Shown: one piece after another, positions 28,086 through 39,656 of the stretch | Numbering within the stretch: the stretch's first letter is position 1 | Layout: the number at the start of each line of letters is the position of its first letter | Source: Octopus vulgaris | Taxonomy: Eukaryota | Assembly (NCBI GenBank): GCA_951406725.2 | Contig: OX597827.1 | Location: 50,468,001-50,532,000 of the forward strand | Reading direction: 5' to 3' | DNA: 64,000 nt | Position numbers and translations under genes: made by a program | Notes under the pieces: generated by a model | Seen by the model: the letters and a program-made list of their open reading frames with translations, nothing else | Databases searched by the model: none | Told to the model about the DNA's origin: nothing

Positions 28086-30057
28086 GTCCACATGCAACTT
28101 ATTAGAAACAAATATTAATAAGAAAAATATAAACCAACAGTAAACATTTATTAAAATGTTGATAAATAATCAATATTATTTTCCTATGTGTGGGGTGCAT
28201 ATATATGTGTGTGTGTCTATGTGATGTACGTGTGAGAAAGAGACAAAGGGAGACGGACAGACAGACAAAGAGAGAGAGAGAGAGAAGCTTCGAATGTTTT
28301 CATAATGATTTGTGCGAAAGATCCAACTATTATCTCGGTTCTGGTTTGTTTCTTCCTTTCATTTGTTTTGTTTATATTAAAACTGTTTAGCAGCTTCCGT
28401 TGAACTTTTTAGATTTTGAATTTAATTTAACGACTTAATTCACATTTCCCGAGAAATCGACTTTCTTGATGTTTGAAAATCTATTATTCAGTCTCGGAAA
28501 AGTAACAAAATACACGAAATATAATTAACGTTGGTGCTATTTTAGCACAACACCTACCTGACTAAGCGAACAATTGAAACGAAAGTAAACACAATAGAAA
28601 ATTTAAAAAAAACGAAAACAAAGACAACGAATTGGATATTTAATTTTATAAACCGGCCAAAATCAAAACTGTGTTAAAATGAAACTGTGCAAAACGATTA
28701 ACGTGTAACACGAGGGACAACTATAAATATGTATGTGTAGTGTGTGTATATGTGCTTGTTTGTGTGTGTGTTCGCATACATACATATGTATACATATATA
28801 CATACATATATTACATATACAAACACACATACATACACACACATACACACACACACACTTATATATCTACATACATGCACCCAAACACTTTTCATTTCAT
28901 TTCATCTAGTTTCAGCTCACGAGCTGTGGCCATGCTGGGGCACACTTGCATATATATATATATATATATACTTCTTTTTTTAATGACTTCAGCCAGCAGC
29001 CAAGACCATGTTGCGGCACTGCCTTTTAACGTTGTTGATTTTCTTTACTGTATTGTTTTTGGTGAAGCAGGGAGTTGGACAGAGCTGCTCTTCTTTGCAC
29101 CAACTGCAGTGATATGGGTTCCTTCGGTATCTCAGATAAAAATTTGTCTAAACGTTCCTTGAAAACCTACACATCTATATCTCGCAGATACACGCGCGCG
29201 AGCACATACATACATGCATACACACACACATATATATATATATATATACACAAGCACACACGCATACACACAACAAAATCTCGCATGAAAATCTCACAAA
29301 TAATCAAAACAAAAGCAAAAGGAAGACATCTCCAATAACAGACACTCAGATTCAAAATCCATTGATACCATCGCAAATGCAGCGACGAAAAATATTTCTG
29401 GAGTAAATGAATAAATAAATAAATACATAAATGCATGGAACTTGAACTGGTGGATGTGTTATATTAAGTACTATGATTCTACCCAAATACAACAGAATTC
29501 GTTTCAATACACGAGTTCACATAAAGAATCTTGCAAACCAGATACAAAGTCCAATTATGATTTTCTATTCCCTGGTTCTGATGATCTCAGAATCCAACCA
29601 GTTACTCGCCCGCGCAGTGCTCGTGAGAGTGACTGATTGTATGGCCAAGGGTATGTCTGAGAGAACCATGTGTTTATATATATATATTCCTTTTTATACG
29701 TTTAATGTAGGTAAGGGTAAACTTTAATGTAAGTTATTATCACTAGTTTCCTTGGTGAATTTGAGGAGTGGGTGAAGGTTATATACATACATTTATGCAC
29801 ATGTAAGGGTTTGTGTGCGTAACTGAAGTACAATACAACCAGCCGTCACTCACTGCTGAAAATTATGAAGGAATTTTAAAATTAAGAAAAGAATAATGAA
29901 AAATGCTGCAGTTCTGTTGGGGTAGAAAAGTTCAGTCGTGAGTTCAATCTTTGTGAGATATTGCATTGTGTGAACTGGCATACTTTCAGTATGTGTTTTC
30001 ATTCGTTAAAAGTCTTTGATCTTGCTCTGAGAAAAACGATTACTCTTTTGAACTTAG

Positions 30058-30219
30058 AAAAATTGTTGGTTTCATTAGTTCATTACAATTTCCTGCTGAC
30101 AAGGTGAAGACATTTCGAACCAGTTATGTATGGGCGTGCGGTTTCGATGACTGGCCAATCAGTTTTGAAGCTGTAGACAACTCTGAACTTAGGTTTCTAG
30201 AGTTATTTAAACGGTGTAG
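30058..30219 (+). CDS. candidate small exon of the host gene
   Basis: Frame open from 30020 (...TSYVWACGFDDWPISFEAVDNSELRFLELFKRC) to a strong phase-2 donor TAG|GTGAGT; phase-2 AG acceptors possible at 30057 or 30078; no in-frame ATG; non-repetitive context. Confidence 0.25.
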
Positions 30220-31021
30220 GTGAGTTTCTTCTACTTTTCCGTTGTATACGAATTTGAGGCTATTTTCGGTTACACATTTATATATAACCTTTTTGTATCA
30301 TCATTGTTGCAGATAGAGAACTTTACGCACTAAAGAAAGTACAGGTGTTATTTGAGTGGCAATTGCATTTGGAAAGGAAAGTTTGTGCATTCAGAAGTTT
30401 TTTTATTAACTGTTGATAAAGAAGCGGCGAAGCTGGCAGTACAGGAGTAGCTAATGTTAACACTACTTTTGTTAAAGATTACTCCTGTGATGCGGTTTTA
30501 TGATTTCTTATCGAAGGATATGACTGAAATCCTCTTATTGACGATACTAAGTAAGCAGTTAGCAAAATCGGGAAAGCGAGTTAAAGATATTAAATATATT
30601 TTTAGGTTTCATGGTTTTCTGTATAGGTTGTATTTCCAGGAATCTATGTTGCAGGTAATATCTAAGAAATTAACTGGCGATGATTTGGGGGTCAAATTCT
30701 TTTAAAATGTCGATTAGGTCGTTTCTAAGTAAAAAAAAAAAAAAGAGAGAGAGAAAAAAACGTTGACTACTTTATTACGGAATTAGATCAATTCATCATT
30801 TCTGCAGGGCACAAATTTTAGCTGCTTAAATATTTTCTGAAGCGTATCTGAAAAAGATAAGCCCATGACATTGTATACGAAATCTTCTTACATCATAGCA
30901 AACCACAGAAATGTCAGATAGTTCGATGCTTTTACATTTGGCCTAGAGAAAGCCGTAATAATAAAATGCAAGTATTATGTTTATGACGTATGTCATCATA
31001 TCAAGTTATATTACATTATGT

Positions 31022-31052
31022 AGGCATAGGCGTGGCTGTGTGGTAAGAAGCT
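31022..31052 (+). mobile_element. SINE family C head (A box), separated from its body at 32845-33216
   Basis: AGGCATAGGCGTGGCTGTGTGGTAAGAAGCT matches the first 31 nt of the intact copy. Confidence 0.85.
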
Positions 31053-32844
31053 CGTTGACTGAGGTCAGTGTTGTTTTTGTTCCGAAAGGAATTTTATCGT
31101 TTAATATTGGATTTGTTATTGTATTTTTGAATTATTATTGTGGAACTTTGTGCTGTTGCCCGATATATCGGGTGATAAAAAGTGTTATTTCTTTTTGTAG
31201 CCATTGTGGCAATTTTTAAACAAAATACTGCGAAAACATTGGACTTGTTAAAGTCGTTTTAGACTTTTTGTGCACCGACCCCTGCGGGTGAGGGATTTGA
31301 ACTGTTGTCGAAAAATCTATAAAGTATTTTGTGCGAAAAATTATTTTAGATTTTCCTTGTGGAAAACCGATTTTTATGTTATATTTTCTTGTGTAATTAA
31401 TTTCGGCAGAGCATATCGGTCGAAATTATACATGAAGGTGACAGAAGTGCTACCAGAAGTAGACCCAAGAGAGGTGATGGCCGCCCTGTCGTTTAACAGG
31501 GCGGACAAGATCCAATTCCTCCAGATTATATGCTCTGCCCCCATCCCCACCCGGAATTGGCGTATGCGGATGACATCACCATCATCGTGGCGGATGAGGG
31601 CCAGCTTCCAGTGGTAGAAGAGGCCATCAAAAGTTACGAGCCAGTAGCAGGAGCAAAGGTTAACAAGTACAAGTCAGTCAGTTTGCAACTCGGCACCTGG
31701 AGGGACAAGCGGATGACGTCCAATAACGTCGTCGGACGTTGGGCGGAAAGTTCTGTTAAGCTGCTCGGAGTCTGGTTTGGTCCAGACCTCCAGATAGAGA
31801 AAAATTGGAGCGAGGTAACCAGCAAGGTGACTGCTCTAACCCAGACCTGGTATGGGCGGGCGTTATCCTTGCAAGAGAAGGCGGAGGTGGTGCAGATGTT
31901 TAGAGCATCAGTTATCACCTACCGTCTTACCGCGGTGCCTTGCCCCGATTTGTGGTTGAACAAGTTGGAGAGAATCCTTTTCCGCTTTTCGTGGAAAGGA
32001 GGAAAGCCGCCTGTGAAGCGCTCTGTATGCTGCCAGAAACCGCTAAGGGGTGGGTTAGGGATGCCTTGATTGAAGATGCGAAAATTCGCGTTAAGGATGA
32101 GGCACTTCTGGCTTTACCTTCAACGTTTAACGTCCTTAACGGACATTCGAGCATGGATCAAGCAGAGACCTAGGCAGGGAGACTGGCAATTCGAGTGCCG
32201 TCAGGCATCTCAGCTACTTTCTCGGGCGAGCAATGCCGGCAGTAGTAGTACCACCGCGGATTTTTATAGCGGGTTAGTGGGCTTTATGTCAGAAGACGCC
32301 TTGGAGGAGCCCCTAGCTACTATGAAAATCAGTTGATCAACCTGTTCAGGAGAACGTTCGGGCCGGGATATCTGGATAATTACCAGAAATCCCTGGCTTG
32401 GCAGTGCTTCCGTGCGGCATTACCTGTTCGAGACAAACTGTCAAGGCAATGAAGTGCCATCTCACCGACATGTCCGAGGTACGGGCAGGACTGGGAAATC
32501 GTCGACAGCCTTGGCAGCGAGGACAGCCTTGGACCGTCACTTCAAAACCAAACACGAAGGGTGCAGAGTTCGGGCTAAAGTGCAGGATTAATGTACGGTA
32601 GAAAGCCAGCGTAGCAACGATGCCACAATTATGTCTCTGGTGAATGACGGTGGGTGTTCGGTCCGAGGCAAATTGTTGCTTTTTGCAACAATATTTATGT
32701 AAATAATTTTTTAAATTACATCTGTAATCATATCATTCATAGGAACATTAATTTTTAACTAAAAGCAACTTATTCACCATTTGTGTTTGTCTGTCCTTGT
32801 CCGTCCCATCTGTGTACTGCTTTTATGGCAAATTTCGTGAAATA
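31053..32844 (+). mobile_element. internally deleted Tx1-clade LINE (leader, possible ORF1 scrap, RT C-terminal half, 3' UTR)
   Basis: AYADDITI, GAKVNKYKS, VKLLGVWF, W.GRALSL..KA.V, RGGLGMP motifs typical of Tx1/L1 ORF2; duplication AAGAAGCT at 31045-31052 and 32845-32852; 3' end GCTTTTATGGCAAATTTCGTGAAATA. Confidence 0.9.
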
Positions 32845-33216
32845 AAGAAGCTTGCTTCTCAATCACATGGTTCCAGGTTCAGTCCCACCGCGTGGCACCT
32901 TGAGCAAGTGTCTTCTACTGTAGCATCGAGCTAACCAAAGCCTGGTGAGTTGATTCGGTTGAGGGAAACTGAAAGAAGCCCGTCGTATATATATATGTAC
33001 ATACACACATATATATCTATACACACACACACAATATATATATATATATATATATCTTAGTGTGTTTACGTCCCGGTAACATAGCGGTTCAGCAAAAGAT
33101 ATTGATAGAGTAAGTACTAGGTTTAAAAGATAACTCCTGGGGTCGATTTGTTCGACTAAAACCCTTCAAGGAGGTGCTCCAGCATGGCTGCAGTCAAGTA
33201 ACTGAAACAAGTAAAA
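32845..33216 (+). mobile_element. SINE family C body
   Basis: AAGAAGCTTGCTTCTCAATCACATGGTTCCAGGTTCAGTCCC...ACTGAAACAAGTAAAA, collinear with the 61772 copy. Confidence 0.9.
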
Positions 33217-33300
33217 TAGTATGTTGTATTGTAGTATTGCATTATGGCGTGCTATTATACATAATAACTACGCGCGCGCACGCACACATACATAGAATGC

Positions 33301-33333
<33 letters not shown>

Positions 33334-33335
<2 letters not shown>

Positions 33336-34207
33336 CGATGTTTGATCAATAGATATCTGGACTGTTGCCATAGGAACGAAACTACAGTATACAGAATGAA
33401 GCCGCTTGGCACAGATTGACCTTGAACTCTGTTGTGCAGATGCAGTATTTTTGAAAGTTTCAGCTCACTTCCGCTTTTTACAGCATTGATTGGAATGTGT
33501 GTAGCGTGTGATTGTTGTATTGGCCATGACAGAGAAAGATGAGCAGAGAATATGCACCAAACCAAATCAAAGTTTGCTCAAAGGCCGACGCAGAATTTTC
33601 GAAAAGTTTCCATCGTTCTGGACACAATCAAGGAGATCTTGTGCAACTGAAACCCGGGTGTCTTTTTCGTCAGCTGAAAGCAGTTTTGGCACAAATTTGG
33701 TAAACACACGTCTCGTACCCAAAATCTTCAGTGATAATGGACTGAACTGAACCATAACTAACCTGCGCATCCTCTGATAACTCGCGGATGGTGATTCGAC
33801 GATTTCCCCTCACAGTTGCACGCACATCTGCGATGTTTTTCTCAGTTCTGCTGGTTGCGGGTCCAGAACGTTCGTCAATATCGATATTTTTTCGGCCATC
33901 TTGGAAAAGTCTGAACCACTTGTGTGCGTGTCATACACTCTTCTCCTGTCACTCTCTGTAACTTTGCGTAAGGCCTCTGAACAGGTATCGCCATAACAAC
34001 ATTCTCTGTAAAGGTCAATGCGACGATCACACGCTACACACCTTCATTCCAACACTGCTGAAAACAGTGGAAGTGAGCTATAACGTTAACACTTTGTGTG
34101 CATATACAGCAGAGATTAAGGTCAATCTGTACCAAGCGGTTTTACTCTGCGTTCTTTAGCCTCGTTACTATGGCAGCAGTTCGGATACTTATTGATCAGA
34201 CCACGTA
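33334..34207. mobile_element. mariner deletion derivative composed of two inverted 5' halves
   Basis: Imperfect TIRs TACGATGTTTGATCAATA / TATTGATCAGACCACGTA with TA ends; MTEKDEQRICTK on +; DERSG...NRRITIREL and KFVPKLLSADEK (WVPHEL-type motif) on -. Confidence 0.85.
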
Positions 34208-34280
34208 TATGAATATATGTGGATGGATGAGATTTTAGTTGGCACTTAACCAATGTTTGTTGATAGTTAATGGATTGGAT

Positions 34281-34326
34281 GTGGTACTGAAGAAGGCGCA
34301 ATAACTCCTGAAATATGCATATACAC
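34281..34326 (+). ncRNA. minimal type I hammerhead ribozyme with intact core
   Basis: GTA CTGAAGA AGGCG caataa CTCCT GAAA TATGCA TA TAC: CUGANGA and GAAA cores, stem I GTA/TAC, stem II with one mismatch, palindromic stem III region, AUA triplet. Confidence 0.65.
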
Positions 34327-34670
34327 TCATTACCTATATGTATACGTATTCATGTAAATGTAACTTTCAGTGGTAGCTCTAAGTTCTATAGAAAATCTGC
34401 AGAAATAAAGTGAAAAGTGATTTTATGTCTTTTATTCATTCACAAATATGTTGGTACCACGTCATAGTTAGTGGTAAACTACCTAAGCAGACACATTTTG
34501 TTGTACATGCAATGGATGTCGGAACACATCAAAAGAATGACTTTAGCTTTCGCGCTAACATAGAAAGAAATTATATATGCAAAGAAAAGCAATTTACGAT
34601 TCTATCTCTCACTAGAGATGGTTCCATTGTGGAATAGGATTTATATCGCAGTTTGCCGTAAAATCATTCT

Positions 34671-35136
34671 TGTAGTTGCAATTGCGAGAGAGGTGATTTG
34701 GAAGACGAGGCTGAAAGGTATAGAGCCAGGCAATTTCATCTCTAGCCCTGGATTGGTGAATTACTTCATCTTCCACCTGAAAAGGAAAATAGGGCTGGAG
34801 AGAAAATGCCTGACTGAGAAAGTGTTTGAAAATCGATGGAAGAGTGTAGCACGGATGTTGCGTGTGGATGGAACCGCATGAAAGCAAAACAGAACGAAAC
34901 CCAGGTATCAGTGGCGAGGCGGGGCTCGTGGGGTCCGAGCTAAATCCTCCCCCACTCCATCCATAATGTCTTTCGGTCTGTCTTAGCATTCGATTTCTCC
35001 GATTTCATTATATGTTTGTAATTATGTGTAATTTTTTCATTTCATCCTTTGTGTAAAATCATTCGTGAATCTGACCCCAAATCAGGTTGTATTGTCCCCT
35101 CTTTGTTCGCCCCTTGTGGGTAATAAAAAAAAGGTA
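34671..35136 (+). mobile_element. 5'-truncated Tx1-like LINE (ORF2 C-terminus + 3' UTR), second family
   Basis: Exact 17-bp TSD TGCCGTAAAATCATTCT (34654-34670 / 35137-35153); VAIAREVIWKTR...ERKCL...FENRW; tail GTCCCCTCTTTGTTCGCCCCTTGTGGGTAATAAAAAAAAGGTA. Confidence 0.85.
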
Positions 35137-35235
35137 TGCCGTAAAATCATTCTCTCATTTCATAATCACTGAATTCATCCACTTAACAGTAGCAACAAAC
35201 ACGTCCTGTTCTCTCTGATACTCATTCTCACCACC

Positions 35236-35572
35236 TCCTCATATTGCCGCTGACTTTTCGAGTTAATCATTGATTGATCCCTGTTGGACGTGAATTGCAT
35301 CGTTATTAATTGTCGCTGATTTGCAGCGGTTTTGCTGGTGGTGCTTTCTCTCCGCTTTGGGGAGAGTTGGCCAGGATAATGCCTAGAAATGCGTTTTATT
35401 CGGACCTTAGCTGGTTGGAATTGTCCACCTCATTATACCATACGTTCGTGAAATGAAATACGAACATTATACCATACGTTCTATTTATTTATTTTGTTTT
35501 TCATTTGTTCTGTGTCCCCAAATGTATTGTGTTGTCCCCTCTTTGTTGGTCCTATATGGACAATATAAAATA
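35236..35572 (+). mobile_element. ~340-bp non-coding retroposon with Tx1-type tail
   Basis: 16-bp TSD with 2 mismatches (ACTCATTCTCACCACC 35220-35235 / ACTCACTCGCACCACC 35573-35588); tail GTTGTCCCCTCTTTGTTGGTCCTATATGGACAATATAAAATA. Confidence 0.65.
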
Positions 35573-36102
35573 ACTCACTCGCACCACCCTCTTGTTTTGC
35601 TACACTAGAGATAATATTGTAATTTGAACTATGCTATAAAATGTTTCATTTACTATTCCATTGAAAGAGAATACTTGTCACATGCGTACATATTGATGTG
35701 GTTAATAAATAAGATTCACTCCTATCAAATTGATTTCTTATCTGCGGGGTACTCACACCTTCACAGCGAGGAAGAGCTTTGTTGTTAAAAGCCAGATGCG
35801 TTGACCTAAATACCAATTCAGTTGGTATGGAAGACAGCACATGCAGCATACGATTTCCAAGAAGATTTGTCAAGGAGACCCAAACAGCTTAAGATAGCTA
35901 TATCATTTATGGAAGATCCACAGAAGCTCGGGTTTTTTAAATTGTCGTTGCGCATCAATACCGCTGCTCATTTCTGGAATATGAAGAAATTTCAAGATCA
36001 CCTTAATGGTACAGACACCAAGCTTTCCACGAGGACTCAATACTCTCCTAGCATATGTACAAGACCTTAGAGCAGATTCTATCATCAGATACCACACATC
36101 TC

Positions 36103-36523
36103 GGATCTTTTCGGTTTGAACGGTAGTTTTTTTCTAGCGGTGTCATATGAAATTGTCACCCATAATTATGATCCTAGAATCGATCTATTGCATTTCAATC
36201 TCTTTTAGGGTTAGGGTTAGTTAGAGTTAGGGGAAGGGTATCTTTTTTTCTTCCCAAATGTAAACAAACCCAATCTGTTTCTTAAACGAGGGATATATTC
36301 ATACGACACAGAATGTTTTTTTTACCTCAATGGACGTCACTGATTTGTTGAAATTGCAGAAATGCAAGAAATTAAAGACCAAATATCTTACAAACTATAG
36401 AATTTTCTCAATAAAGCCAAGAGAAAAAGATGTTTTATAAACACATTCTACCAGTATACGAAGTTTAAAATTTTTTAGTTACCTAGAAATTGTTAAAAAC
36501 TGCCGTTCAAACCGAAAAGATCC
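36103..36523 (+). mobile_element. ~420-bp TIR element with internal TTAGGG repeats, copy 1
   Basis: ~29-bp TIR GGATCTTTTCGGTTTGAACGG(C/T)AGTTTTT; 30-bp flanking direct repeat. Confidence 0.92.
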
Positions 36524-37397
36524 CAGATTTTATCATCAGATACCACACATCTCCACCACTGTCATACTAAACACCAGGCGATGTCGAAATGTTATATTTT
36601 GGAGATTTCTACACTCAAATAGAGGACGAAGGTCACTGAACTAAAGTTTTATTCGCAGAGACACCCGGCAATATGAAATTGAGAACCTACAAAAGATAAT
36701 AAAAGAGAGATTCCTAGTGTTGTGTGGTGAAAAAACATACCTGTTGAGGTAACTTTCATCATAAAGAAAATTGCAATGGAAAATACTTGGTTTTTAGAAC
36801 CGAAGAAGTGAAAAAAAAAAACTCGTACTACTTGGTTGTATAGGAAATAAATGAAAGCATAGATGACTATTATGATACAACAGTAATTCCAGTTTCGATT
36901 CTAGCAGGAATCTCCTACTTTATTCACTTTCATGTTCTGACAACCACTTCATAAATGTAAACATTCATTTTCCAAGTCAAAGCAGCTTTTGCACAAGCAA
37001 ACACGCGTCATTTTGAATACTCCTTTCATTATATACATACTCACATAGCTATGTTTATGAATATATTGACGTATTAGCGGTTGCCAAATAGTTTTTTTTT
37101 TTTCTTTCTGATTATGTTTTGCGTGATTTTTTGAAAGCAATTTTTCACTCCTCCGACAGCACATTTGCCAGGAATAGTTTGACATGTATGTCTTTTTTTT
37201 TGCGAGGGAAATAGTAGCGATTGGAGAGTGAAAAAATGTAGCAATGTTTAATACGAGAGATATAGGTTGTTAGGTAAGTAGCCCAGTACATACTTCGTCG
37301 GATAAATATCTTTGCTTATATTGATCCATCAGTCGGTCGATAATAGGTGAGACACATATGAATGTATGTATGTGTGTGTGTGTGTACATAAATGTGC

Positions 37398-37431
<34 letters not shown>

Positions 37432-37872
37432 CTATACATTAGTGTATGTAGCTATGAATATAAGTGTGATAAGGCTGTACATTCATAAGGTTGTAGGTTC
37501 GATTCCTGTTGTGCACGTTACATTTTGCCATTACGAATGCCACTTTATTTGCTCTTTCGCCTGAAATGGATGTTCCGTTAGGTAAGGAGGCATCCGGTAC
37601 TCATTTTACCTGAGTAATTTAAAAGCTTTTGTGTGTTAGATGGATAAAATGAATTTTTACAATGTAATTGCTTCAGTTTTATCACGCGAGTCCCCATCAA
37701 ATCAGATAATTACAACGCTGATGTGTGTGAGCGCGCCCGCGTGTCCTTTCGCCATGCTTTTTATTCCCTTCTAGAATGCGTTTTCCAATTCCCATTAAAA
37801 TCTTGCCCACGGGTACAGTTCCTTTTGAAACTCCTCTTGAACTCACTTCCTCGTATGTTGTGTTTCTCTCTC

Positions 37873-38301
37873 GGATCTTTTCGGTTTGAAAGGCATTTTT
37901 TTTCTAGCGGTGTCATATGAAATTGTAACCCATAATTATGACCCTAATATCGAGCTATTGCATTTCTATCTGTTTTAAGGTTAGGGTTAGTTAGAGTTGG
38001 TTAGGGGTGGGGGAAGGTTATCTTTTTTTCTTAACAAATGTAAATAAGCCCAATCTGTTTCTTAAACGAGGGACATATTCATACGACACAGAATGATTTT
38101 TACCACAATAGAAGTAATTGATTGGTTGAAATTGCAGAAATTGAAGAAAAAACAACAAATATCTTACAAACTATAGAATTTTTTCAATAAGGCCAAGAGA
38201 AAAAGATGTTTTATGAACACATTCTACCAGTATACGAAGTTTAAAATTTTTTAGTTACCTAGAAATTATGTTAAAAACTGCCGTTCAAACCGAAAAGATC
38301 C
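37873..38301 (+). mobile_element. TTAGGG-containing TIR element, copy 2
   Basis: Same TIRs and interior as copy 1. Confidence 0.92.
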
Positions 38302-38498
38302 TCTCTTTCTCTCTCCTAATATCTTCATTCGAGGGCCAATTTTGAAATTGACTATTTTTATCTTAGTTATACCTATATGCTTATATTCCCCGGTTTATAT
38401 ATGCAATTACATTTCAGTCGGAAGACTTTCACTGTTTACTGACTTATATTTCAGTTCTATTTGGCTCAGCTGAACAATTATTAAGTTTAATCGAATAC

Positions 38499-38902
38499 GG
38501 ATCTTTTCGGTTTGAACGGTGTCATATGAAATTGTCACCCATAATTATGACCCTAGAATCGATCTATTGCATTTCAATCTGTTTTAGGGTTAGGGTTACT
38601 TAGGGTTAGGGTTTGGGGGGAAGGGTATCTTTTTTTTTAACAAATGTAAATAAGCCCAATCTGTTTCTTAAACGAGGGACATATTCATACGACACAGAAT
38701 GTGTTTTTTTACCACAATGGATGTCATTGATTGGTTGAAATTGCAGAAAAAAAACAACAAATATCTTACAAACTATAGAATTTTCTCAGTAAAGCCAAGA
38801 GAAAAATATGTTTTATAAACACATTCTACTAGTATACGAAGTTTAAAATTTTTTAGTTACCTAGAATTTATGTTAAAAACTGCCGTTCAAACCGAAAAGA
38901 TC
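38499..38902 (+). mobile_element. TTAGGG-containing TIR element, copy 3
   Basis: Same TIRs and interior; short deletion after the left TIR. Confidence 0.9.
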
Positions 38903-39410
38903 GTCTGATCCTTTTATTCTGTTGATAGACCTTAATATTTCTCGTACATACATTTCGTTCAGTTGAGTAACAGTTGAGTTTGTCTGTTCGCAGAGAGGTG
39001 AAATTCTAAGCAAAATTTTCTTAACCAGATTATTTATTACTAACTGAACCGGTGAATATTCCACGGAGGAGGCAACCTCTTCAACATTCTAATTATATTT
39101 GATATTTAACAAAAATAATTCCCGCTGCTATGAAATAGATCGTACTGAAATAATTATTTGAACACAAAGCAACACGTGAAATGTAACAATACTTTCTGGT
39201 GGTTACATTATTATTGTAAGATAAACACTTGCAGTTCTTGTAGATTTTTATGGAAAATTGTTCGTGATGAAGTTTCACTGTAGCTAGATCAATTTCTGTT
39301 TAAGCATTATCCCGGTCATTTACAGCTGTTTATGATCGGAACGAATCAAATGGAAAGCAGTAATTTAATTGGTTTTATTAAATATGAATACAATAATTTA
39401 ATACTAATAG

Positions 39411-39560
39411 GGCGGCATGCTGGCTGAATCGTCAGCACGCCGAGCGGTACTTTCTCCGTCTTTACGTTCTGATTTCAAATTCTGCCAAGGTTAACTTGAC
39501 CTACCATCCTTTTTGGAGTCGAAATTGCTGACCTTACGCCAAAATTTGAAACCAATTATT
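39411..39560 (+). mobile_element. SINE family B, diverged, with internal deletions
   Basis: GGCGGCATGCTGGCTGAATCGTCAGCACGCCG...AAAATTTGAAACCAATT. Confidence 0.75.
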
Positions 39561-39562
39561 TA

Positions 39563-39596
<34 letters not shown>

Positions 39597-39613
39597 TCTC
39601 CTTTTTTTTCTGT

Positions 39614-39656
39614 GTCTCTTTCTGTAGAAGAGCGTAGGCTCGAAACGTAAAAGACT
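39614..39656 (+). ncRNA. minimal hammerhead-like motif with variant core, within a short repeat also present at ~60480-60640 (-)
   Basis: CTTT CTGTAGA A GAGC gtag GCTC GAAA CG TA AAAG; second copy GAAGAGCATAGGCTCGAAACGTAAAAGAC on the minus strand at ~60563-60592. Confidence 0.55.

Noticed and set aside
36205-36235. TTAGGG repeats as an interstitial telomere or fusion scar
   Set aside because: They are an internal part of the four-copy TIR element.
35720-36700. Possible very old LINE RT remnant around TIR element copy 1
   Set aside because: No diagnostic motif could be read with confidence.
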